A DNA stretch of 64,000 bases, taken from a virus. A model generated the notes under the pieces. It was not told where the DNA came from. It saw only the letters and a program-made list of their open reading frames with translations, and did not search any database. Below are positions 29,056 to 39,128 of the stretch, piece by piece (within the stretch, counting starts at the first letter, position 1; every line of letters starts with the position of its first letter). The translations under genes were made by a program, and so were the position numbers. The stretch spans positions 1 through 64,000 of the IMG/VR virus record IMGVR_UViG_3300003323_000915. One strand, written 5' to 3'.

Positions 29056-30232
29056 TTAAGCTTCAACTTTTTCGTTAACAATAACTTCGTATCCTTTCGC
29101 TGCCTCCCACACTTGGCGGAGGAACTCTTTATACTTGCTCATTTCCGGCGTGGACTTCAGTTTTATGCCGAATGCATGGGCTACATTGAACATGATCCGC
29201 AGCTCCATCATGGCGCCGATGTCGGTGCAGGCGCGGTATTGGAATGCGAGCCAGCGTTCGAATGTAGTGAGCTTGGCGCCCATGATAAGCCGTGATTGCA
29301 GGCTTTCTGTTTCTTCGAGTGTGATTGTTTTCATAAGGGGATTATTTTCGTAGTAGTTCATGGCTTGCAGCGATTAAAGTTTCAAGATCTTTGAGTGAGA
29401 TGCCTTTTTTGCAGCCGATGTCGACGTGGCTTATTTTGAACTGCCAAATTCCAATTACCCTGGAGTAATTTGAAACCGCCTCAAACCAGCGCTCAAGATC
29501 AAACACTAGTATTTGCTCAGTACCGTAAACAACATATCCGTCTTTGATTGTAACTTCGAATTTGCTATCCTCAGCTTCAAGCACCATTGTTTTGAATTTT
29601 GGTTTTGGTTCGGCATACACTGGCTCGAAGAGTGCAGTGTTATTAATAAGCACATCGTCACCAACACACACATCGCCTGGATTTGCGTCTTTCTCACACC
29701 ATTGACCATAGTCGTTTTTATAAAGCATTGTTCCGTAATTCCATCGGAGTAAGTTTGATACCACTTTGTACCCGATGGGTTCTCGTTCTTCTTTATCTGG
29801 TTTTTGATCGGATTGATTAACCGAGAAATGATTCATGATCTCTTCGACGGTGGCTTTGCGGACGTAATAGGTATTAGTTGCCCATCGTTCTGTTGCCTTA
29901 ATTCCATAAACGTTTATAAATTCATTACTGACCTCACTTACTTTATACATACCCAAAGGTAATAATGGGCCTGAATCCGTAACACTAATGACCCATTCCC
30001 CAACATGAATCTCATCCCCTTCAACCATTGCCGCGAGTGCGAGAACTAATTCTGGATTAGAGGCGTCAACTACCGTACGAGAATGCTTCAGGCACGGCAT
30101 TGAGACATCTTTTTGATTGCGCAGGAACTCATCAGTATAACCTAGTGCGCAAAGCTTTGGTATTAATTCTTCGATTTGTTTCGGTGTTCCTTGTATGGCG
30201 AGTGGTGTTGCAAATTTTTTCATATTGCACAA
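29056..30232 (-). CDS. Two hypothetical proteins (29056..29361; 29342..30232)
   Basis: Long co-oriented ORFs in the early-type array. Confidence 0.55.
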
Positions 30233-30588
30233 ATGTTTTTGTTACTCAATACAATGTTCCCTTTCACGCTGTGGATATATATCGAAGTTAGTTTGCCTTC
30301 GATTTTGTATTTCACATTGTACCAAACACCATTATCGCCAATACCATAATAGGTAGCGGCGCCTGATCGCATTTCAAGTTCTCGGATAACAATGTTGTCA
30401 TTGCCAGTCACGGCCTTAAAGAACAGACGATCGCATGACAGACCGGTCTTCGTTGTGGTTACCTGCACTTGGCGTAGGCCGCAGCCGTCTTTGTCTTTCA
30501 CATACATCAAATCGAAATGTTCCTTGCTGGTGAACATGAAAGAATTGCAGGAACTTAAAATGAGTGCTAATAGGATGAAGGTTTTCAT
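30220..30588 (-). CDS. Putative lipoprotein
   Basis: MKTFILLALILSSC lipobox at the 30588 start. Confidence 0.65.
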   Translation of the reverse strand: MKTFILLALILSSCNSFMFTSKEHFDLMYVKDKDGCGLRQVQVTTTKTGLSCDRLFFKAVTGNDNIVIRELEMRSGAATYYGIGDNGVWYNVKYKIEGKLTSIYIHSVKGNIVLSNKNICAI

Positions 30589-30589
30589 A

Positions 30590-31956
30590 ATTAGTTTGCA
30601 GTTATTGTTCGTTGATAAAGTAAATCCCATTCATTGGCGGTCCGTCGTATGGCTCGTGCTTCATACTACACGCATCGTTGATCGATGAGAAAAACCATGC
30701 TTCGAACCAGTCGGTTGTGTTGTAAACTCTATAGTTAATGCGGATGGTGTAGAGGCGGTTCATTTTTTTTCTAGCATTTAGGTTCCCCCTTCCAATATTT
30801 TATCTACAGATTAGCCGATAACCGACCCATGCAGGTTTGATTCCATTTAACTTTCCTTTGCTTTTACCTTTGACGGCTTTCGAATTTTTATCGTTGGGAT
30901 GCGCGTCGGCTTTATATCGATGATCAAACGCCATCATATTATTTTCATTGATATATAAATCGGGATTATCATCTTCCTTGACTAATATCCCCAAGCGGAT
31001 CATTAGATCAATAATATGTGTTGGTTGTTCCATGTCTAAAATTAGTTTGCTTTGATGTTTGGTTGTTCAATCGATATATTGTCTCTGTGATCCTGGCATG
31101 GCTTAGATAAACAACCGGATGCGCAGAATAAACTTTGCTCTATGCGTGTTAATTCGTCGGCTGTTTGTCCTGTGTGGCATGCGATTGTCCTGGATGTGCC
31201 GTCTTTGAATTTTAATTCAAGAACTGGCGTAGCCCAGTAACTTCCGCTGATGCCGCCTAAAATTTCTTTATTGAAATCTTCTGTAAATCCTGATTCACTC
31301 GACCAAACTTGAGTTGCTGTCCAAAACCAATCCTCATGCATACCCATCGTAGCTTCTTCAATATTTGGAGTTGAGATGATGATTTGTTTTGCGAGAATGA
31401 AGTTGTAGTCTGCCATGATTCCTAAAATTAGTTTGCTTTGTTTTTTAATTTCTTCACGCGCCAAACACCCATGATTATCGCGCAATCTTTATCGTGTGGA
31501 TCTGCATACCATACTTGGATCTCTTTAGCGGATGCTATATAGAAATAGTATTTACCGATCTTACTTTGGGTGTACAGTTCCATAATTAGTTTGCGCTTAA
31601 AGACCTGTGCTTGATTAAATTCGTTTCATGGATGTGCTCCCAGAGCCAGACTGCCCAGGGTTCGTCGCTAATGTCGAAGATAACGGTTTCGCCGCCGCGG
31701 GTGTAGCTGTATTCTATTTTGGTGCCAGTGAATATAAATTTCTCTACGTGGAAGATCGAGCGCGATAAAATAAACTCGATTCCGCCGGCTATCTGCTTTA
31801 AATAGAACCCGTACTTCTTCACGTCTACCGTTCCGGCCATCATTCGCACAACAGCGTACTTCTGCATTCGCATTAATTCCATGGCATGCTTTCGTAATGC
31901 CGTTCGCTCTTTCTTGTCTTCAATGCCAATGAATTGTGTTTTCATAATTAGTTTGC
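30590..31956 (-). repeat. Gene-junction repeat GCAAACTAAT (5 copies: 30590, 31041, 31427, 31585, 31947)
   Basis: ATTAGTTTGC on + strand, each just upstream of a minus-strand start codon. Confidence 0.75.
30800..31945 (-). CDS. Small hypothetical genes (30800..31033; 31042..31416; 31428..31583; 31586..31945)
   Basis: Starts re-assigned using the junction repeat; 31428..31583 (MELYTQSK..KNKAN) is not in the ORF track. Confidence 0.55.
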
Positions 31957-31965
31957 TTTGTGTAA

Positions 31966-32140
31966 AAAGATAGGCGTAAATACTCCCTATTTTCATCCTG
32001 GTTGCTGCTGACCTCTAGGGTAGTCAAGGCAAGGGCCGTAGCTCTACAGCAGCTTATTCCAGCCAAGTATTTACAATCCTATCTTTATAAAGTCCCGGAC
32101 ACACGAAGAAAGACCCTCTCTGAAAAACTTCGATGCCGGG
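31966..32140 (-). ncRNA. Candidate structured non-coding RNA / leader
   Basis: Nested inverted repeats AAAGATAGG/CCTATCTTT, GTAAATACT/AGTATTTAC, CTGG/CCAG, GCTGCTG/CAGCAGC, plus a second hairpin at 32094-32140. Confidence 0.5.
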
Positions 32141-32144
32141 GGTG

Positions 32145-33165
32145 TTATGTTGTTGCTTTTCTAATGGTTTTGTCTATCTGCTTAACCAACTCAATAGGAG
32201 GTACTGAATCTTCCGAATACATAGCGATTTTGCCAATGAATTCATTAGCCGCTTTCAATGCCTCCAATAATTCAGGCGCGGCGGCAATTAGTTTGGCGTC
32301 AGCTTCTATATCATTCCCACCCATTGCACCGATAGTATTAATCACAGTTGTTCTAATACCAGGATCATCATAATCTTCATTCGGTTCAACAAACCAACTT
32401 GAAAGGCTTACTATTTTATGGTCTTGATATTCCCATGGCCCCGGCGTGTGCTTTAGATCTTTCATACCATCATTCCTTTAAGTTCTGACTTCTTACACTT
32501 GTCGATTTTCTTGGTACGCAGGATGATGTTATTTTCCTCACAGTAGCGCGACAATAACGGCATATGCTTTTGTTCGTCCGGTTGTGGAATTAGTTTGCGC
32601 TTCACAAGTTCTCCCATTGTTACCGTTCGGTAATGGTCATCGTAGCCGTATTGGAACGGGATGATGAATGTTTGTTCAGTGGGTAGCGCGAGATCCACAG
32701 TCACGCGCGCGCTGAAGTATGAGTTGCCGTTGGTTTTATCAAACCATTCGAGGCAAAGTATATCGAGAGTTTTCATATCCACTCCTGTTTAAGTGCATAA
32801 CCGCCGTCTTTGTCAAATCCGGATGTATCGCCGTTGCGGCCATATCTTCCTTTAGGTAATTTGAATCCTTTAGGATACAGTACCCGGCCAAGTGAGTACA
32901 CCACGCTGAATCCCATATCCATTCCACAGCCGGAAACTTTTAATGCGCCATTGTCCGGATTGCGTTTGTATCCGATCGCGTGTGCGACGTACCAGCTAAT
33001 ATCTGATACTTCACCTCTTAGCACAATTGCCACGCTTATGTCGCGGGACATTCCAGAGGAGGAACGGTGCCTTAAGATCGTGTAAACTTTTTTACCTGGC
33101 TTGAGATGTTTGCGGAGGAACTTAATCGCGTTCTCCTTTAATTCGGCTTGTTCTGAAGTTTTCAT
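32145..33165 (-). CDS. Three early-type hypothetical genes (32145..32465, 32462..32782, 32773..33165)
   Basis: KHTPGPW..AKLIAAAPELLEAL; EWFDKTNGNSYFS..FQYGY; HRSSSGMSR..SGCGMDMGF: motifs typical of phage early genes. Confidence 0.65.
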
Positions 33166-33214
33166 AATTTTTACCCCGCTTTCCGAGTAGCAGTAACGTT
33201 TTGATAGATCAAAG

Positions 33215-33234
33215 ATAGTAACATTTGTTACTAT
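33215..33234. promoter_or_regulatory. Palindrome copy 2, ATAGTAACA-TT-TGTTACTAT, abutting minus-strand TATCTTTG
   Basis: Exact sequence. Confidence 0.7.
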
Positions 33235-33256
33235 GTCAGTAGGTATAGTAAAATAA

Positions 33257-33850
33257 TTATGTAACTATCTGTTTAACAGATTTATTATTTTTCATTATAC
33301 CATGGTGTTTTAGAAGTTTATATACCACGGGGATACAGATTTCGCATTCCTCGGCGATGGCGGCAATGGTGGCCTTTGCGTAATACATTTCAATTGCCTT
33401 ACTGGCTAATTCCTCATTATCAAAAACAGACTTTCGTCCCAATTTGACTCCAATTCTCTTTTTATGTGCGAGGGCATTTTTCGTCCGTTCGCTTATCATA
33501 TTCCTTTCGAATTCCGCGAACACGCCGGCGATCTGGAAAGCCATGCGGCCAATGGCGGTGGTGGTGTCGAAATTGTCGGAGATCGAAATAAAGGTAGCTT
33601 TACGCTTGTCGAATTCGTTTATCAACTCTAATAGATGGCGCAATGATCGGCCTAGCCTGTCAAGCTTTTGAACAACAACAACGTCCCCCGGCTGAAGATC
33701 AGATAAAAGCCTCTCGAGATCTTCACGCTCAGTCTTGGTGCCGGATATTTTCTCTTGGTAGATGATCTCACAGCCGTATGTGGTCAGCGCGTGAACTTGG
33801 CGACCAAGGTCTTGTTCGGTTGTAGATACTCGTGCGTAACCTCGTTTCAT
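33257..33850 (-). CDS. Small serine recombinase (resolvase/invertase) with C-terminal HTH
   Basis: GYARVST..Q, EKISG, GDVVVVQKLDRLGRS, AEFERNMISERT; start MKRGY at 33850. Confidence 0.95.
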   Translation of the reverse strand: MKRGYARVSTTEQDLGRQVHALTTYGCEIIYQEKISGTKTEREDLERLLSDLQPGDVVVVQKLDRLGRSLRHLLELINEFDKRKATFISISDNFDTTTAIGRMAFQIAGVFAEFERNMISERTKNALAHKKRIGVKLGRKSVFDNEELASKAIEMYYAKATIAAIAEECEICIPVVYKLLKHHGIMKNNKSVKQIVT

Positions 33851-33852
33851 GG

Positions 33853-35319
33853 TTATCCGCAAATTATCCAGTAGATCCAAAAACCAAAACACAACGAAAG
33901 GAAGAACACCACAACTATTGCCACGAGGCAAAAAACACCCTTCCACCATAGGTCAATTTCGTCCTCATGTTTTTTTATTGTGATCGTCTTTCCAATAAAG
34001 TAAGGAACGAACACGAACGCCGCAATAATTGCGGGATACATCAGGCTAATCCAAATCCGGTATGTCATTTTCATCTTGGGTATACTGTGAGGGATCTTTA
34101 ACAAATCGGAAGATAATCTCTAAGACTATCGCGATCACGATGATGACGTATAGCGCGGCTGCCATCAGTGATAAGCCGGACATGATACGTAAACCTTATT
34201 CAGGTGTTTGCGGTGGAATTTATTGCCACCGACATTTGAATGCTCGATTGAATTGCAACGTGTGGTTGCGATCAATAGGAGAATGATGAGTAGTGTTTTC
34301 ATTGGTTTGGGAGGTTAGACTCCAACATTTCAGTTAATTGCTTTTCAAATACTTTAAGCTCGCCGACAACAGCCGACATATTGCCGGTGCCAAGTCCGCG
34401 ATCGTGGACTAATTTCAATGCAGTTATAGCCGCCTGAACTTCAATAATGGCTAACAACTTTTCGTGTGCGGGTGATTTGCTTGTGATGCGATCCATATTT
34501 TTACCCCGGTTTAAAGTGTACCGGAAACCTTTCTGTGAATTGATGTTCAAATATACGTAGACAGTAACAAATGTTACTAATCTAGTGTAGAAATATCTTG
34601 TAAGTAATTGACAGTGAGAGAGAAAATTTTTAGCGTCCGTCGAGATTTTTCAGCTCAGCGAAGTTGGAATAGTATTCAAAGTATTCCTGAAATTGATCTG
34701 TAGTAAGCTGCAACCCGGGTTGCATGGACTCAATAGCGAGGGTCAATAAAGGCATGAAATGAGCACCGCCGGTTTTGCCTTGAGCGGCTAAGCGGTTCGC
34801 GATGTGGTCGCGGACTTGAATGAGATCAGGATGGCTGTTGGTGTGATCTATGAGTTGTTGGATTATTGGGGACATATGATTAGGTTAAGCTGTGGCGCGG
34901 TATGTTGGTATTTCTGAAAGAGTAACAGCCGGTTGGATGTGACCAATACGATTTTTACTCATTGGATACTTCTCACTTACAAGCTCCAAAGCCTTTAAAT
35001 ATGACTCCAGTGCCTTAACTCCTAAATCGGAAATGCCGATTGCCGTAGAACCAGGTACCCTCAAATACTCGTAAGATCCAATAAAGCCCTTTGTCAAAAG
35101 CCCATGGCAATAACCGTGCATTTTCCTGATCTCTCTGTTATTGTTGGTGATATTCTCAAGAAATGCCTGCCGACTTACAACATTGCGCTCAATAGTGCCC
35201 AAATAATGGTTTAAACAACTCAAAAGCCAAAGTTCTTGTTTGTTGATCTTGAAGATTTTAAACACCTCGAATGAGGCCTTTTTGTAGATAAAATCGTGCT
35301 GGCAAGGATCTATCAACAT
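33853..35319 (-). CDS. Small hypothetical genes (33853 membrane protein, 34299, 34630, 34885 winged-helix-like)
   Basis: Co-oriented ORFs; 34885..35319 has an LLTKGFI..ISDLG wHTH-like pattern. Confidence 0.5.
34564..34577. promoter_or_regulatory. Palindrome copy 3, GTAACA-AA-TGTTAC (opposite orientation)
   Basis: Exact sequence; minus-strand TATATTTG box at 34548-34555. Confidence 0.7.
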
Positions 35320-35671
35320 ACGTTAGAATTCATCTTGCTTGTATTATAAGTGACATGAATTGTCGCGCCAATTCGCGCCGCCGCCCCGTACGCGTGTGTT
35401 ATTTGGAATTATTCTAAACAAAACTACTTATTTACCACCAAAATAATATTCTGTTCCAATAACCATTAATTAAATGGTGAATTAATTAATCACCATGCGT
35501 CAAAATTAGTTTATTCCAGCATAGAAAGCAAGAAAGCATTATGCTTTGAAAAAAAATTGAGTCAAAGTCGAGGCCTGGGGTCTTGGATTTCCGGTTTCCC
35601 ATCACTGGCCAAGCCGGGGGCTCCGCTGCCGGGTGGCGCCACTTACCATGCACACAAACTACGGGGTGGTA

Positions 35672-35926
35672 TCAAAACGGGCACCATCCCGGACCATGCG
35701 CGGCTACCCATTCCTTGATCGCCGCATCCGACTTATCGACCGGATCTTCTCGTACAATGATCCGCGGCGCCGCGGATACCTCGGCTTTTGTGAGCCATTC
35801 TTGGACTCGGTTGGAGATGGTGTTCCGGATTTTTTCTCCACCATCATGGATGACCCAATCACCGGATTTTAGCATCTCTTGGACAATCGGCAAGGCGAGT
35901 ATTTGGTGCTGTTTTTCGTTGAGCAT
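35672..35926 (-). CDS. Hypothetical protein
   Basis: 84 aa, A-rich start context. Confidence 0.5.
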   Translation of the reverse strand: MLNEKQHQILALPIVQEMLKSGDWVIHDGGEKIRNTISNRVQEWLTKAEVSAAPRIIVREDPVDKSDAAIKEWVAAHGPGWCPF

Positions 35927-35969
35927 TTTGAGTGATTTTTGAGGTTAAAATTTATAGTAACATTTGTCA

Positions 35970-36191
35970 ACTGTACTAACTGTACTGGTACTGTACTGGT
36001 TACTGTACTAGTGCAGTTGCCTAGCATACTGGTATACTGTACTGCTCACTCTCCTATATGTAGGAGAGCAGTACAGTAGTACAGTTCGTTTTTGAGCTAA
36101 AAACGCGGTTTTTAGTGATTCTTCGAAATTAGCCTGATTTCGCGGTTTTGTCATTTTAGTACAGTTAGACAATTACACAGACCAGTACAGT
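35970..36191. repeat. Convergent ACTGTACT octamer array; putative replication origin
   Basis: 5 copies on + (35970, 35979, 35990, 36002, 36036), 4 on - (36070, 36078, 36158, 36184), around hairpin TCTCCTA-TATG-TAGGAGA. Confidence 0.7.
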
Positions 36192-36223
36192 TGATTCTGG
36201 TATTTTTGGCTCCTGTTTTTAGG

Positions 36224-36409
36224 TCAATTTTTGACCTGTTTTTTTCGTCTTCCGGTACCTGGTCTTTGGTGGTTTTCTTTAACCCCAAAAACGCCTTGAG
36301 CGATGTCGGTACAATGCCATCCGCAGCGCGTGCATTTTCGCCGGACGCCGACTTTGAGTTGTTTGAACCGGTACTTTGGATGCGGGCAAGTCTTCTGTTT
36401 GTCGGTCAT
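36224..36409 (-). CDS. Small Cys/His (zinc-ribbon-like) protein
   Basis: CPH..CTRC; directly downstream of the primase gene. Confidence 0.45.
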   Translation of the reverse strand: MTDKQKTCPHPKYRFKQLKVGVRRKCTRCGWHCTDIAQGVFGVKENHQRPGTGRRKKQVKN

Positions 36410-36420
36410 ATGAATTTGGT

Positions 36421-38364
36421 TTAAAACGGCAATCCATCTGGAGGCTCGTCTGCCTCAACAGGTGCTGGTAGATCGAATGAAAGTTGCGGGGATGGTTCCG
36501 GATACTCGCTGTATTGTTGCGGTTCGGTGAATCCATCGGCGGTGATGACCAGCTTCCATAAAGCCTTCGGGTCTTTATCGCTGCCGCTTTTAATGATCCA
36601 GCCATCTCGTCTGAATTTACGTATGAAGGTTTCGGCTTTGGTTTTACCGATTCCGAATTGGGCACGAAGCTCTTCCACAAGATCCCGGTAAACCATCGGG
36701 CCGTCGGCAAACGCTGCAACCAATAGCTGCCGGGTATTATTTTCGTTGTCCTGCTTACGCTCAGTGACAGTGCCGACCACTTCTGGTAGGCCATCCTTGT
36801 CGTGCCAAAATGAAAAAGTCTCAAATGGCTTGTCGCGCGAACTTTCGCATTTGACCTTGGTGACGTTTTCCTGGGTATCCAATTCGAGCTCTATAGTCAT
36901 CTCTGCCTTGTTTAGGAGCTCAGATCCGATGTGTCCGCGGGCGTTGCTGTCGGTTTTGTTCATGTGAAGGATGTTGATCACATGGCAATTGTATTTCAGG
37001 ATCTGGCGCTCAAGCCAAACGATGAGTTCTGTGGACTGGTCCGGGTCGTTAATGTTGGACATCAAATCGCGGATACCATCGATGATCACAAGTTTTGGCG
37101 TTATGGACCAATAGCGCAGCGTATCGGCGATGATCTGCTGGCGTTCCGAGTAGGACTTACCCCGGAGGTCGAAAACCGGTATATGGTGTCCTGTGAGCGT
37201 CCGGATGCGTTCGCGCATTAGGTATGCCCGGCGCTTGCCCTGCTCGGTGTCGAAAAGAAGGATTTCTTTTGGGTTGGTGTTGGGCCTCTTAAGGTATTCT
37301 GCGATCAGCCAGGATATAAACAGCGACTTGCGGGATTTTTTCTTACCGATGATGAGTGAGTGGTTCCCATGGGTTGCGATCGGGACGCCCTGAATGTATA
37401 AAAGCGGTATTTCAGCCGGTGGCTCCTGGTCGATCATCACATCGTCCCACATTTCCTTAATCGCCAGCGGAAGCCGGGTTGGTAGTTCCCGGATGTACTG
37501 AATCGTCACCTCTTTGATGATATCCGCCAAGTCAAGTCCGTCATTTCTGGATGGATCAAGATCAATCACCCGGGAATCGGCGATGGTCTGCAACTTTTCG
37601 TTTGCCGACGCTGCTCCTTCGCGGCCTTTTGGATTTCGGACTGATCCATCGGGCATCAGATCTCCATTGTCGCAGTCGTAGCATACCCAGATCGTGCGAT
37701 TTTTTAAAACCGGCAGCTTCTCGTCGGTAAGACCCTTGGATCCGCCGGTGGCGACGTAGATAAATTCCTGAAGGTAATCTGAAAATTTCCGAGTGAGCAT
37801 GGCTGCCGTCTTTTCAGATTCGACCAGGATCACTGTGGCTTTGGGGTATTTTGTTAGGTGGTATTCGTAGAACATGGATGGGTAATACCCGGAGTCGCGC
37901 TGGAAAAGGTGCATCGGCGGGTTTTGGTGGTCCCGCTTCATAGCACCATCTGCAAAATTGTACAGCATTTTCTTGGCACCCGTCAGGCGGCCATCGTGGT
38001 CGCGGAAATAAAAGGTAACTGTGTGTTGCCCGGTGATCTTTTTTGGATCGGCTGGTACCGGGTCAATCGTTGTGTCCTGGAATATCCAGTTCCAATTTGG
38101 CTCCTCCAAAAATTTCTGCTTCACGCGCGGCGGTGGTTCGATGGCTTTGATTTGATGGGTTCCGTTCATGGCCGCGCCATTCAGGTGGCCCTTCCATCCG
38201 CAATTATTGCAAAGCCATACACCTTTGTCGATGTTTACCGACAGGCATTTACCTTTTTTGTTGTGAGCCTTTCGCTCCGATGAGCATTCCGGACATAAGG
38301 TGTAAACCTGTCCCGTTGTTCGGCCAGGCGGAATGGAGATGTTATAGTCGGAAAAATCAGACAT
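36421..38364 (-). CDS. Primase-helicase (Zn finger + TOPRIM + RecA/AAA helicase + C-terminal wHTH)
   Basis: CPEC..CNNC; LVESEKTA, CYDCD; Walker A GKKKSRKS, FDTEQG, IIDGIRD, RGHIGSEL. Confidence 0.9.
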   Translation of the reverse strand: MSDFSDYNISIPPGRTTGQVYTLCPECSSERKAHNKKGKCLSVNIDKGVWLCNNCGWKGHLNGAAMNGTHQIKAIEPPPRVKQKFLEEPNWNWIFQDTTIDPVPADPKKITGQHTVTFYFRDHDGRLTGAKKMLYNFADGAMKRDHQNPPMHLFQRDSGYYPSMFYEYHLTKYPKATVILVESEKTAAMLTRKFSDYLQEFIYVATGGSKGLTDEKLPVLKNRTIWVCYDCDNGDLMPDGSVRNPKGREGAASANEKLQTIADSRVIDLDPSRNDGLDLADIIKEVTIQYIRELPTRLPLAIKEMWDDVMIDQEPPAEIPLLYIQGVPIATHGNHSLIIGKKKSRKSLFISWLIAEYLKRPNTNPKEILLFDTEQGKRRAYLMRERIRTLTGHHIPVFDLRGKSYSERQQIIADTLRYWSITPKLVIIDGIRDLMSNINDPDQSTELIVWLERQILKYNCHVINILHMNKTDSNARGHIGSELLNKAEMTIELELDTQENVTKVKCESSRDKPFETFSFWHDKDGLPEVVGTVTERKQDNENNTRQLLVAAFADGPMVYRDLVEELRAQFGIGKTKAETFIRKFRRDGWIIKSGSDKDPKALWKLVITADGFTEPQQYSEYPEPSPQLSFDLPAPVEADEPPDGLPF

Positions 38365-38384
38365 TGCACACGTTGATTAAGAAA

Positions 38385-38567
38385 TTAGCCTTCCTTTTTA
38401 CTTCTGATCAGATCGATAACAGCTTCTTCAACAGAAAAGTCTTGATCTTTGGTGACGGCCAATTTTCGACGGTGCTTCCGGATAATAGTCATGACATCTT
38501 CCGGAAAATTGTAACGGACGTGTGTAGTTTCCCGCTTTACATTGGGATCGTTTGGTCTTCGTGACAT
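38385..38567 (-). CDS. Small ribbon-helix-helix-like regulator
   Basis: HVRYNFPEDV..SVEEAVIDLI beta-alpha-alpha pattern upstream of the primase. Confidence 0.45.
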   Translation of the reverse strand: MSRRPNDPNVKRETTHVRYNFPEDVMTIIRKHRRKLAVTKDQDFSVEEAVIDLIRSKKEG

Positions 38568-38750
38568 GTTAAGTGATTATTATTGATGTGTTACTCAAAC
38601 GTATGGCATATTTATTTCTTACACAACCGTTACCGGAGAAATATTTCCACATGTTGAAGAGATTGTTCCACACTGATCCACAACTTAAGTTAAGTATCAG
38701 TGACTTATATCGATTGAGTTCAAGGCACGCTTATTGAGTGCGGCGGAAGG

Positions 38751-38936
38751 ATGAGCATTCTCACGATCTTAATCGTTCTTGTTGTTGCTGGCGTAGTTCT
38801 ATGGGCCATCAATTCCTACATTCCGATGGACGCCAACATTAAAAAATTACTAAACGTAGTGGCGATCATTCTTTTGGTAGTCTGGCTCCTGAAAGCCTTC
38901 GGTGTTTTCGGGTATTTATCGGCGACCCGGGTTTAA
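38751..38936 (+). CDS. Thivi_2564-like two-TM membrane protein
   Basis: LIVLVVAGVVLWAINSYIPMDANIKKLLNVV..VWLL. Confidence 0.7.
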   Translation: MSILTILIVLVVAGVVLWAINSYIPMDANIKKLLNVVAIILLVVWLLKAFGVFGYLSATRV

Positions 38937-38970
38937 AAAGGCCCATTGCTTCCGCTTTCAACAATGGGCC
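38935..38970 (-). terminator. Terminator hairpin
   Basis: GGCCCATTG..CAATGGGCC with a U tract on the minus strand. Confidence 0.6.
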
Positions 38971-39128
38971 GATGTAGCATTGCCTGTAATCATCGTGTAA
39001 CCCTTACATGCATCAAATTCAAATCCATTGGACTTATCCCGTTTCCGGGGCCTCCGGCAGAAAGTCAATAAGCCGTTTTGAAGGGCGAAGTACGGCCATG
39101 CAAACACATACACTATACAGGCTTTCGT

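Noticed and set aside
33257-33850. Integrase / prophage boundary
   Set aside because: This is a small resolvase-type enzyme without the large-serine-integrase recombinase and zinc-ribbon domains; phage genes continue on both sides
35970-36191. Mini-CRISPR interpretation of the repeats
   Set aside because: Repeats are 8 nt, irregularly spaced and switch orientation; no spacers or cas genes
38972-39125. Possible tRNA or ncRNA in the gap after the two-TM gene
   Set aside because: No cloverleaf or T-loop consensus found; only short, weak stems
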